A stretch of DNA of 42,308 nt, from positions 1-42,308 of the forward strand of contig JADFOP010000015.1 of assembly GCA_022562795.1 (NCBI GenBank), given 5' to 3'. Made by a program: the position numbers and the translations under genes. This document shows, piece by piece, positions 29,950 through 38,703 of this stretch (its first letter is position 1; each line of letters opens with the position of its first letter). Origin of the DNA: Nitrospinota bacterium (lineage in GTDB: Bacteria > JADFOP01). The notes beneath the pieces were generated by a model that was not told the origin of the DNA, made no database searches, and saw nothing but the letters and a program-made list of their open reading frames with translations.

Positions 29950-31143
29950 TCAGACCTGCGCCGCGACCTTGGTCTTGGCGGTTAGGACCTCTCGGTAGAG
30001 CCGTTCGAGCCGCTCCACCATTATCTCGCAGGTGTATCGCTCCTCGATGAGGCGCCGGCCGGCCCTGCCCATATCCTCAGCCTTGGCGGGGTCGTTTAGG
30101 AGCGCGAGAATCCTGTCGGCCAGGATGTCCGGATCTTCGGGAGGGATGAGGTAGCCCGTCACCCCATCGACGATGAGCTCTGGTATGCCGCCCACGTTGG
30201 TGCCGATCACCGCCTTGCCCATGGCGAGCGATTGGGTCACCGTCTGGGGGACCCCCTCTGCGGAGTCGCTCACCAGGCAGGAGACGTCAGTGATGGAAAG
30301 GATCGCTGGCACATCGGTTCGGTGTCCGGTCATGATGACGGCCCGCTCCAAGCCCAGCTCTTTGACCTTGCGCTCCAAATTCTCGCGCTGAGGCCCGTCG
30401 CCAACGATGAGGAATCGGGCCTCCGGCTCGCGCTCCAACACCCGGCGCGCCGCCAGCAGGAATACGTCGTGGCGCTTCCAGCTTCTAAGGACTGCGACCT
30501 TGGCGATGACCGGGGCATCCTCGGAAAGGCCTAGCTCCCCCTTTAGGTGGGAGGCCCGGTAGCTCGGGTCGAACCGCTCGAGGACAGCGCCCGTTGGGAT
30601 AGAGACGACTGAACCCTCGTCGATCTGATTGCGCTCGATTAGGAAATTGCGGGTGGCCTCGGAGGTGGTGACGATGACATCGGGCAGGCGGTAGACGATG
30701 TTGAGCGGGTGGGTGGAGATTGGCACCGACAGGTGGCGGGTCCGAATGAGGGCCGGCACGCCCGCGAGCTTCGAGGCGAAGGAGGCGACCCAGCTGTCGC
30801 GGGAGCTGTGGGTGTTGACGATCTGAAAGTTGTTCAAGCGCATGAGTTTGCGCAGCTTCCAGATGGCGAGGAGGTCGAAGTGGCTTCGCATCTTGACGTG
30901 GAGAACGGGCACCCCGGCGGCCCGGGCTTCACGCGAGAGGCCGCTCTGCTCTTGACAAGCCAGCACCACATTGTAGCCCCGCTTGCGAAGCTCCTTCGCC
31001 TCCAGGAGGATACGGATCTCCTGCCCACCCCAGCCGTCGGAGCTTTCCGTGTGGAGAACGGAGGGCTTGTCAGGCACCGTCTGCTTGTCCTTGGCCGCTC
31101 GCTCCGGGGGCTTCTCCAAAATCTTGCGGAAGTTGACCTTCAT
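29950..31143 (-). CDS. GT4 glycosyltransferase (LPS core)
   Basis: LHTESSDGWGGQEIRIL, NTHSSRDSW, RTRH, LRSWKRH, EGVPQ, VGGIPE. Start set at ATG 31143. Confidence 0.88.
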   Translation of the reverse strand: MKVNFRKILEKPPERAAKDKQTVPDKPSVLHTESSDGWGGQEIRILLEAKELRKRGYNVVLACQEQSGLSREARAAGVPVLHVKMRSHFDLLAIWKLRKLMRLNNFQIVNTHSSRDSWVASFASKLAGVPALIRTRHLSVPISTHPLNIVYRLPDVIVTTSEATRNFLIERNQIDEGSVVSIPTGAVLERFDPSYRASHLKGELGLSEDAPVIAKVAVLRSWKRHDVFLLAARRVLEREPEARFLIVGDGPQRENLERKVKELGLERAVIMTGHRTDVPAILSITDVSCLVSDSAEGVPQTVTQSLAMGKAVIGTNVGGIPELIVDGVTGYLIPPEDPDILADRILALLNDPAKAEDMGRAGRRLIEERYTCEIMVERLERLYREVLTAKTKVAAQV

Positions 31144-31151
31144 GGGCGACC

Positions 31152-32231
31152 TCACAGGGGCTGACCCGACTCTGCGTAGCTCACATCCAGGCGTTCCACC
31201 ACCGCCTCTAGGACCCGCTCCACCCCGATGGGCTCGAAGCAGACATACTTGGAGTCCTGGAGGGGGCAGGTCCGGGCGAAGCAGGGGCTGCACTCAACAT
31301 GCTCCCGCACCACAACGTGGCCTGGTCCCACGGGGCCCGTCCGCGCCGGGTCGGAGGAGCCGAAGAGCGCCACAACGGGTGTGCCCACGGCGGCGGCCAC
31401 GTGCATGGGACCTGAGTCGTTACAGACTACGACGTCGCACCGGGCGAGCAGGGCGGACAGGGAGGCCACGTCGGTTCGGCCCGTCCAATCCAGCAACCGG
31501 CCCGGTCGGGTAGCCGCAGCACCTGCGGCCCAGGGCGCCTCACCCGACCCGCCGCAGACGAGCACGAGGGCCCCTAGCTCATTGGTGACGGCCTCAGCCC
31601 AGGCCGCGAACCGCTCCGGGAACCAACGCTTGGCTGGGCCGTAGGTCGCCCCCGGGTGGATGCCCACAACGGGACAGCGCCCCCCCGCCAGCTTATGGCG
31701 CTCAAGTAGCGCATCGGCCCACCGGAGCCGCTCGGGCTCTACGGTTAAGCGCACCGGCGGCTTTGGACCATCGTAGCCCAAAGCCCTGACAAGTCTAAGG
31801 TATTGGTCCATCTGATGGTCCGCCCGAAGCTCCTCGTTCTTGGAGGGCCGGTCGGTGAGCAGCCACCGCCTGGCGTCGGTAGCAAAGCCGACCCGCCGCG
31901 GCACACCCGCCATGGCCGGCAGGAGGGCGGAGCGAAAACTGTTCGGGAAGGCCACCGCCAGATCCCAACGCTCTTTCCGAATGCGCCCCGCCAGGCGGAG
32001 GTCGTCCCAGAGCCGGGCGAGCCCCCGGGTGGGGCCGAACGCCTCCACCGTATCGACCATCGGTTGCATGGCCCAAAGGGGCGCAAGACCCTCGGGTGAG
32101 AGGACCCCGATGGTCGCCTCGGGATAGAGCCGCCGGATGGCCTCGACGGCCGGCATGCTCAATACAGCATCTCCAAGCCAGTTGGGGCTGCGCACCAGCA
32201 CCGCCCGTAGCTCCTCAGCCCGGCGCGTCAC
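31152..32231 (-). CDS. waaF: ADP-heptose:LPS heptosyltransferase II
   Basis: SPNWLGDAV, FPNSFRSA, HPGATYGPAKRW, NDSGPMHVAAA, CSPCFARTCP. Confidence 0.88.
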   Translation of the reverse strand: MTRRAEELRAVLVRSPNWLGDAVLSMPAVEAIRRLYPEATIGVLSPEGLAPLWAMQPMVDTVEAFGPTRGLARLWDDLRLAGRIRKERWDLAVAFPNSFRSALLPAMAGVPRRVGFATDARRWLLTDRPSKNEELRADHQMDQYLRLVRALGYDGPKPPVRLTVEPERLRWADALLERHKLAGGRCPVVGIHPGATYGPAKRWFPERFAAWAEAVTNELGALVLVCGGSGEAPWAAGAAATRPGRLLDWTGRTDVASLSALLARCDVVVCNDSGPMHVAAAVGTPVVALFGSSDPARTGPVGPGHVVVREHVECSPCFARTCPLQDSKYVCFEPIGVERVLEAVVERLDVSYAESGQPL

Positions 32232-33160
32232 TCTCTGACCTCCACCGCCGCTCGTTCGGGCTGAGGCCTGGTCTTCCAGCGCCGGTGCATCCAGAGCCAG
32301 TGGTCCGGATACCGGCGCACGTAGCGCTCGACGATGTCCGTGAATCGCTGGGTGTTGACAAGGACGTCCCGTTCAAGGTCCCCGGTCCGTTCTAACTGCA
32401 CCGGCGGCTCGACGAACACCCGGTGGGAACCATCGGCCATCCTCACACAGAAGGTAGGTACGACGGCCGCATCGGTCTTCAAGGCCAGCAAGGCCATGGT
32501 GGGTGTGGTACAGGCGGGCCGTCCGAAGAACTCTACGAAGACGCCCTCCCGGTCGGCAACGTTTTGGTCGATGAGGATGGCTACGGCCCCCCCAGCCCTT
32601 AATATCCGTAAGCTCTCGCGCAACGCCTCGGGCTTGGGGATGACCCGATTGCCGAAGCGGCAGCGCATACGGGTTAGCTCTCGCTCGATGGCCGGATTGT
32701 CGGCGGTGCGGGCCACCACCCCGACTGGGTGGCCATTGAACGACGGCACCAGCCCCAGCAACTCCCAGTTGCCGAAGTGGGCCGCCATAATGAGTACCCC
32801 CTTGCCCGCCTCGAGAGCATTCCAGTAATGGTCCTGCCCCTCCACCGATACCCTCTCAAAGAACCACTCTTTGGGAAGGGAGCCGAGCAGGCAGGTCTCG
32901 CTCGCCGTGACGCCGAGCTGCTCGAAGGCCTCCCGGGCTAAGGACTCGACCTCTGACTTCGATTTCTGCCCGTCGAAGGCCATTGTGAGGTTGTCCAGCG
33001 CCACCCGCCTGCGGCGGGCATCGAGCCCGTACCAGAGCCGCCCCATACGCCTCCCTGCAGCTTGGGCGCGCTCGACCGACAGAAGCCGCACCCCAGCCGA
33101 CAGTCCAACCAGGGTGCAATATTCCATCATGTGACGTATGGGCCGCGCCACCATGTTCAT
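32228..33160 (-). CDS. lpxL: Lipid A late (secondary) acyltransferase, HtrB/MsbB family
   Basis: AHFGNWE, ILIDQN, FVEFFG, YPDHWLWMHRRWK. GGAG precedes ATG 33160. Confidence 0.88.
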   Translation of the reverse strand: MNMVARPIRHMMEYCTLVGLSAGVRLLSVERAQAAGRRMGRLWYGLDARRRRVALDNLTMAFDGQKSKSEVESLAREAFEQLGVTASETCLLGSLPKEWFFERVSVEGQDHYWNALEAGKGVLIMAAHFGNWELLGLVPSFNGHPVGVVARTADNPAIERELTRMRCRFGNRVIPKPEALRESLRILRAGGAVAILIDQNVADREGVFVEFFGRPACTTPTMALLALKTDAAVVPTFCVRMADGSHRVFVEPPVQLERTGDLERDVLVNTQRFTDIVERYVRRYPDHWLWMHRRWKTRPQPERAAVEVRE

Positions 33161-33196
33161 AATCGCTCCAAGACCGTTAAAGCTATTAAATTTGTT

Positions 33197-33225
33197 AGAG
33201 TAATGAAGTTTTAAAGGGATGTCAA
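33197..33225 (-). promoter_or_regulatory. Putative sigma70 promoter for the lpxL/core operon
   Basis: TTGACA-17 nt-TACTCT in an AT-rich patch. Confidence 0.65.
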
Positions 33226-33253
33226 CGTCTTTCGTCTCCTCCCCCTGTCGGAC

Positions 33254-33282
33254 TTGCCTTGAAGCCGGGGCAACGCTATACT
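33254..33282 (+). promoter_or_regulatory. Putative sigma70 promoter for lptFG
   Basis: TTGCCT-17 nt-TATACT. Confidence 0.65.
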
Positions 33283-33325
33283 CGCTTCCGTCAATTCTCA
33301 CGGACGAGCGCTTGGAGGTCTTAAG

Positions 33326-34516
33326 ATGCGGCTGCTCAGCCGATACATCTTCAAGGAGCTGGTGAGTGTCTTCGCTCTGGCCCTTTTCATCTTCACCCTG
33401 GTGCTGTTGCTAAGCCGGATGCTGCGCTTAACCGACCTGGTGCTCAACAAAGGTGTGCCCCTCTTGGTGGTGCTGAAGCTCTTGGTCTACCTCTCGCCCT
33501 CCTTTCTCATTCTCATTATACCAATCTCTCTGCTTGTCAGCGCCATCACGGTGTTCAGCAAGCTTTCAACAGACAGCGAGATCGTCGCCATGAAGGCTAC
33601 GGGCATGAGCTTCCTCCACATGCTGGGGCCGGTTTTAGTGCTGTCGGTGGCAGCATATATAGCGACCAGCTACCTAATCTTCGTTGCGTTCCCGACTGGC
33701 AACCTGGCCTTCCAGCAGGTGATGTTCAACCTCGTTAGGTCCAAAGCCGCTCTGGAGATAAAGCCCCGTGTCTTCAACGACACCTTCTCCGGCTTGGTCC
33801 TCTACGCTCAGGAGGTGCCGGCCAACGACAACGTCGTCAGAGGCGTTTTCATCGCAGACCGGCGCCAGCGAGACCAGTCGCAGACCATCGTGGCTCAGGA
33901 GGGACGCCTGATCCCCGATCCGGCCCGACGCAGGGTAGTCCTGCAGTTGCGCAACGGCACCATCCACAAGCTCCTGCCCGGAAGGGAGCGCTACCAGATT
34001 CTGCACTTCCGCCAACACGAGCTTGCCCTCAACCTGAGAGGACTCCTGGAGGCGGGCCAGCCCAAGAAGGGGGTCAAGCAGATGACGGCGGCCGAGCTTC
34101 GCCTCTTGGTCGCTCAAACCCCCCCAGGGAGCCGGGAGGGCGCCATCGCCCTGGTGGAGTACTATAAGAAGTTCTCCCTGCCGGTAGCCGCCCTATTGCT
34201 CGGATTTGTCGGGGCGCCACTGGGGATGTTCAACCGCCGCAGCGGGCGCCCGGGTGGCTTTGTCATCAGCGCAGCGGTGGTGCTCTTATATTATCTCCTT
34301 TACACAATGGGGGAGGGCCTTGGTGACGAGGGGCGCATCCCGGCGCTCTTGGCCATGTGGATGCCCAACGTCGTCATAGCGCTGCTGGCCGTCTATCTCG
34401 TTTCGAAAACGGCCATGGAGCGGCCCTTCACCTATGCCGAGTCAGCGATGCGGCGTCTCGGCATAGTCGGCCGTGCCGCCAGACGGCTTGTGATGGGCCG
34501 GATCGAAGGCCCGTAA
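33326..34516 (+). CDS. lptF: LPS export ABC permease LptF
   Basis: LSRYIFKEL, LSTDSEIVAMKATG, a periplasmic domain with LQLRNG, AMWMPN; first gene of the pair. Confidence 0.92.
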   Translation: MRLLSRYIFKELVSVFALALFIFTLVLLLSRMLRLTDLVLNKGVPLLVVLKLLVYLSPSFLILIIPISLLVSAITVFSKLSTDSEIVAMKATGMSFLHMLGPVLVLSVAAYIATSYLIFVAFPTGNLAFQQVMFNLVRSKAALEIKPRVFNDTFSGLVLYAQEVPANDNVVRGVFIADRRQRDQSQTIVAQEGRLIPDPARRRVVLQLRNGTIHKLLPGRERYQILHFRQHELALNLRGLLEAGQPKKGVKQMTAAELRLLVAQTPPGSREGAIALVEYYKKFSLPVAALLLGFVGAPLGMFNRRSGRPGGFVISAAVVLLYYLLYTMGEGLGDEGRIPALLAMWMPNVVIALLAVYLVSKTAMERPFTYAESAMRRLGIVGRAARRLVMGRIEGP

Positions 34517-34529
34517 GGAGGCCTCCCCG

Positions 34530-35612
34530 ATGCGGATTCTAAGAGCGTATCTGCGCCGCGAGTTCCTCAAGTTTTTCAGCCTCATACTGGTGAGCTTCGT
34601 CGGCCTCTACCTCATTGTGGAGTTCTTCGAGCGGGTGGACGACTTTGTGGAGCACCACGCAACATGGGTGGCCGTCGCTCAATACTTCGCCTACAAGCTC
34701 CCTTTCATCGTCTTCCAGGTCGTCCCCTTCGCCGTGCTCCTGGCGACCATACTAACCTTCTCCATCCTCTCCAAGAACAATGAAATTACCGCCATGAAAG
34801 CGAGCGGCGTTGCCCTTATCGCCATCGCCAGCCCCATCATGGTGGCGTCGCTGCTGATAAGCGGGGTTACGTTCGCCGCCAACGAGTACTTCCTGCCCCA
34901 TACAAACCGAAAACACCGCCAAATCTTCGAGGTCACCGTCCGCAAGCGGCACTTGTCTGGACTCGTCCGGTCTAAGAATATCTGGTACCAGAGCGCCGAC
35001 AACATCATCTGGAACATCCACCACTTGGATAAAGCAAGCGGCAAGCTAAACGGTATCGCCCTCTACCGCCTCAATTCGGCCAACCGCCTCTTCCAGCGGA
35101 TTGACGCAGACAGCGCCCGATGGGACGGGGAGCTGTGGCGCTTCGAGAACGTCTACATCCGGGACTTCCACTCCGATGGCTCCTTCCGCACCGAGTACTT
35201 CCCGACAATAAACCTCCCGTTTTCCGAAAAGCCGGGGGACTTTGGAGAAATACAGAAGGAACCCAATGAAATGAGTTACAAAGAAATCCGCCGGCTCGTC
35301 AAGGAGATTCGCGCCAGCGGCTACGATGATACCCACTACGCCGTGGAGATGAACTCAAAGCTGGCCACCCCCCTTACCGCATTCATTATGGCGCTGTTCG
35401 GCGTGCCCTTCAGCCTGCGGACCGGCCGTCGCGGGGGACTCCTCTTCGGCATCGTGCTGTCGATCGCCGTCGGCTTCTCCTACTGGGTCCTCACAAGCGT
35501 GACGCTGGCCCTGGGCCACGCCGGGCATCTGCCCCCCGCTCTAAGCGCATGGAGCCCAAACCTGCTCTTCAGCTCCTCGGGCCTATACCTATTGCTATCA
35601 GTGCAGCAGTAA
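34530..35612 (+). CDS. lptG: LPS export ABC permease LptG
   Basis: ILRAYLRREF, LSKNNEITAMKASG, ADSARWDGELW, LPPALSAWSPN. Confidence 0.92.
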   Translation: MRILRAYLRREFLKFFSLILVSFVGLYLIVEFFERVDDFVEHHATWVAVAQYFAYKLPFIVFQVVPFAVLLATILTFSILSKNNEITAMKASGVALIAIASPIMVASLLISGVTFAANEYFLPHTNRKHRQIFEVTVRKRHLSGLVRSKNIWYQSADNIIWNIHHLDKASGKLNGIALYRLNSANRLFQRIDADSARWDGELWRFENVYIRDFHSDGSFRTEYFPTINLPFSEKPGDFGEIQKEPNEMSYKEIRRLVKEIRASGYDDTHYAVEMNSKLATPLTAFIMALFGVPFSLRTGRRGGLLFGIVLSIAVGFSYWVLTSVTLALGHAGHLPPALSAWSPNLLFSSSGLYLLLSVQQ

Positions 35613-35637
35613 TGAGGGAATGATAGTCGGTGCTCTC

Positions 35638-36687
35638 TTAGCCCCGCTTGCCACGGGCGGCGGCGATGATGGCTTCGTGCCATGTCTCGGCGCCCTCGAC
35701 AATCCTAAATTCGATGGCCAGAGCGTAGGTGGGATAGGGCAGCGCCCCGATCCCTGAGAGGCGTACGGCATCCTTCTCGGTGGTAGCGAACCAGGAGGCC
35801 CCGAGCGCGCGGGCCCAGGTAGCGAGGAACGCCCCGTCGCTCGCTCGATAGAGGTGATGGTCCCGATAGGCGGCGAACCCCGCAACGGGGACGCGTAAGT
35901 CCGCCAGGCTCCGCCGGAAAGACTCCGGAGCGGCCAGCCCGCAGAAGGCGATGGCCGTCCCTTTGGGCCGTTCGCTAAGGGGCATAGGCCTGCCTCCAGG
36001 GAGGGACCTCCAGCCGACCGGCGCATGCTGGGCCCTAACGACCGGCACCCGTCCCCAAGCCCACTGGCCCACCACAATGGCGTCCTCCGGTTTTGCGCTC
36101 TTGGTGGCGACAATCAGATTGGCCCGCCTTAGAGACGAAGGGGGCTCCCGCAGGCGTCCCAGCGGAAGGAGGGCATCGGAAGACGGAGGACGACCGGCGT
36201 CCACAAGGACGATGTCGAGGTCCCGTCCGCAGGCCCGATGCTGGAAGCCGTCGTCTAGGACGATGACGTTGGCCCCGAACCGCTCGACGGCGGCCCGGCC
36301 AACGAGGGGCCTGCGGGCCCCGGTGAGGACCGGGACACCGGGAAGCTGATCGGCGAGCATTGCGGCCTCGTCTGCCACCGCGGGGGGCATTTCCAGCATT
36401 CGGGCGCCGTCGCTCACCACCACGATGCCCTTCCGGCGGCCTTTGTAGCCCCGGCTCACCACCGCGGGCCGGAAGCCCTCGCCAAGAAGGCGCCTGACCA
36501 CATCCGCCACACAGGGAGTCTTGCCCGCGCCCCCCGCGGTCAGGTTGCCCACACTGATGACGGGGACTGGAAGCTCTTCGGCGCGCGCCCAACGTCGGTC
36601 GTAGGCGAGACGACGGGACCTGACGGCCACCCCGTAGATGCCCGCAGCCAACGCCAGAGCCGGTCGGAGCAATTCGCTGGCCTTCAC
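35638..36687 (-). CDS. lpxK: Tetraacyldisaccharide 4'-kinase
   Basis: VISVGNLTAGGAGKTP, SRGY, LDDGFQH, LLPLGRLRE, DHH, TTEKDAV. Confidence 0.95.
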   Translation of the reverse strand: MKASELLRPALALAAGIYGVAVRSRRLAYDRRWARAEELPVPVISVGNLTAGGAGKTPCVADVVRRLLGEGFRPAVVSRGYKGRRKGIVVVSDGARMLEMPPAVADEAAMLADQLPGVPVLTGARRPLVGRAAVERFGANVIVLDDGFQHRACGRDLDIVLVDAGRPPSSDALLPLGRLREPPSSLRRANLIVATKSAKPEDAIVVGQWAWGRVPVVRAQHAPVGWRSLPGGRPMPLSERPKGTAIAFCGLAAPESFRRSLADLRVPVAGFAAYRDHHLYRASDGAFLATWARALGASWFATTEKDAVRLSGIGALPYPTYALAIEFRIVEGAETWHEAIIAAARGKRG

Positions 36688-37988
36688 CGCTTGGCCTCGA
36701 TCTCGAGATATGGCTCCAGCAGAGCGAGGTTCTTGTCCGCTGCACCCCGACCCGCCTCCGCGACCTCCAAAGCCGCCCGGCCCATGGCGTCGAGTGCGTC
36801 GGGGTCGGCGAGCAGCGCGCGGCAGGCCACCGCCAGGGAGTTGGCGTCCTCCACTTGGCGGGCGCCTCCAGCGGCCAGAAGGTCTGAGGCCTCCTGCTGG
36901 AAGTTGCTCATGTGGGGGCCGAAGAGGATCGCCTTACCCGCCGCTGCCGCCTCTAAGGCGTTGTGGCCCCCTATGGGCACGAGGCTTCCGCCGATAAAGA
37001 CCAGGGTCGCCAAAGGGTAGGCCGCGGTGAGCTCGCCCATGGTGTCTAGCAGGAGCACCGGCGGTGGGGGCTCTGCGCCGCTCGACGGCGGGGCGCTCCA
37101 TTTACGGTAGGCCATCCCGCATTTGGCGATGATCGATTCGGCCTCGGCGAACCGCTCAGGGTGTCGGGGCACGAGGAGGAGTCGGAGCTTTGGGTAGTGC
37201 TCAAGGAGGTCTGCGAAGGCCTCCAAGACCATATTTTCCTCTCCCTGGTGGGTGGAGGCGGCGACCAGCAACGGTTCGCCTACGGCAATTCCGAGGGCCT
37301 GGCGCAGCCCCTCGGCCCGCGCGCCGTTGCCCTCGGTCACGGCCTGGTCGTACTTGAGGTTGCCCGTCACCACGACCCGCTCGGCCGGGGCCCCTATCGC
37401 ACGGATGCGCTCGGCGTCCCGAGGCGTCCGCATGCCGAACGCCGCCACATTAGCCAGTACTCGGCGGAAAAAAGGGCGTAACCTACGGTAGCGGGGATAG
37501 GAGCGGTCGGAGATGCGGCCGTTTAGCACGAGCACCGGGATGTCCCGCTCACCGCAGGCCCTAAGGAAGTTCGGCCAAAGCTCAGTCTCCACGATGCACA
37601 CGCACCGGGGATTGAGTGTATCGAGGGCCCGGGCGACGGTCCATGGGAAATCAAGAGGGAAGTAGACGACCCCCTCTGCTCGGGGCAGCTCGCGTAGCGC
37701 CGTTCGGTGGCCGGTGAGGGTTACCGCGCTGACGACGATGGGTAGATCGGGCCGGGTGGCCTTAATCAGCTTAATTAGTGGCAGGGAGGCCATGACCTCC
37801 CCCACGCTGACGGCGTGCACCCACAGGGGTCGTTGGCCGGCGAGCCCTTCGACGACCTCAGACGGGACGCGGCCCAGCCGCTGAGACAGTCCGTGGCGGT
37901 ACTTCTCCGTGGTGCAAGCCTTGTATAAGAAGTACGGGCTTGCCAGGAGGGTACCCGCTCCAAGGAGCGTGGTATAGAGCCAGTACAT
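36684..37988 (-). CDS. waaA: Kdo transferase
   Basis: WVHAVSVGE, ETELWPN, GNLKYD, ASTHQGEE, PRHPER, DTMGEL, GGHNALE. Confidence 0.96.
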   Translation of the reverse strand: MYWLYTTLLGAGTLLASPYFLYKACTTEKYRHGLSQRLGRVPSEVVEGLAGQRPLWVHAVSVGEVMASLPLIKLIKATRPDLPIVVSAVTLTGHRTALRELPRAEGVVYFPLDFPWTVARALDTLNPRCVCIVETELWPNFLRACGERDIPVLVLNGRISDRSYPRYRRLRPFFRRVLANVAAFGMRTPRDAERIRAIGAPAERVVVTGNLKYDQAVTEGNGARAEGLRQALGIAVGEPLLVAASTHQGEENMVLEAFADLLEHYPKLRLLLVPRHPERFAEAESIIAKCGMAYRKWSAPPSSGAEPPPPVLLLDTMGELTAAYPLATLVFIGGSLVPIGGHNALEAAAAGKAILFGPHMSNFQQEASDLLAAGGARQVEDANSLAVACRALLADPDALDAMGRAALEVAEAGRGAADKNLALLEPYLEIEAKR

Positions 37989-37995
37989 GGTCGCC

Positions 37996-38631
37996 TCAGC
38001 GGCTCCAGGTGGCTTCGGCCCGTCGGGTGATGGCGATGAGCTGCTCCTCGAGGGCGAGGCGGGCGGCTTCGCCGTCGTCGTCGGGCCGCACTTCCAAGGG
38101 CTCTCCGTAAATTACCACCACACGGCTGAAGGGAAGGGGCAGGACGAAGCGGTCCCAGCTGTTGAAGACCACCCGGCGGCGGGCGGCGAAGCTGGCCGGA
38201 AGGATGGGCCTCCCCGAGGCGCGGGCCAGCTCAATGATCCCCGGCTGGACCAGGCAGCGCGGCCCCCGGGGTCCGTCGGGGGCAAAGCCCGTGCCCCTGC
38301 CCTCCTTCAACAAGCGCACGACCTCACGGAACGCCGCCATCCCACCACGCGAGGACGAGCCCCTAACGGGAAAAAACCCAAGGGAGTTGACCAGGCGGGC
38401 GAGGATCTCCCCATCGGCGCTGCGGCTCATCATGACCGGGATGGCCTGATCGCGGTAGTAATAGACGAAGAAGAAGAGCTGGCTGTGCCAGATGGCCAGG
38501 ATGGGCTCGCCCGTCCGGCGCAGCCTCTGCTCGGTCTCGTAGTTGATGAAGGCGCACCGCAGACTCCGGCCGAGCAGCCGGGTGAGCACGGCCCCCGCAG
38601 GCAGGAGCGACATCCACCAGGGATGCTCCAC
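37996..38631 (-). CDS. DUF374 lysophospholipid acyltransferase (LpxJ-like lipid A acyltransferase candidate)
   Basis: AIWH, SRSADGE, VRGSSSRGG, PDGPRGP, SWDRFVLPLPF. GGAGG precedes GTG 38631. Confidence 0.85.
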   Translation of the reverse strand: MEHPWWMSLLPAGAVLTRLLGRSLRCAFINYETEQRLRRTGEPILAIWHSQLFFFVYYYRDQAIPVMMSRSADGEILARLVNSLGFFPVRGSSSRGGMAAFREVVRLLKEGRGTGFAPDGPRGPRCLVQPGIIELARASGRPILPASFAARRRVVFNSWDRFVLPLPFSRVVVIYGEPLEVRPDDDGEAARLALEEQLIAITRRAEATWSR

Positions 38632-38670
38632 GGCCCATCCTCCCAAACAGTTGCAGAATTGGCGGGGCTG

Positions 38671-38700
38671 ATTATATCACCGGCCCCTGTGAGGTTTCAA
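38671..38700 (-). promoter_or_regulatory. Internal sigma70 promoter for DUF374-waaA-lpxK
   Basis: TTGAAA-18 nt-TATAAT with a TGn extension, immediately after the lpxB stop. Confidence 0.6.
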
Positions 38701-38703
38701 CGG

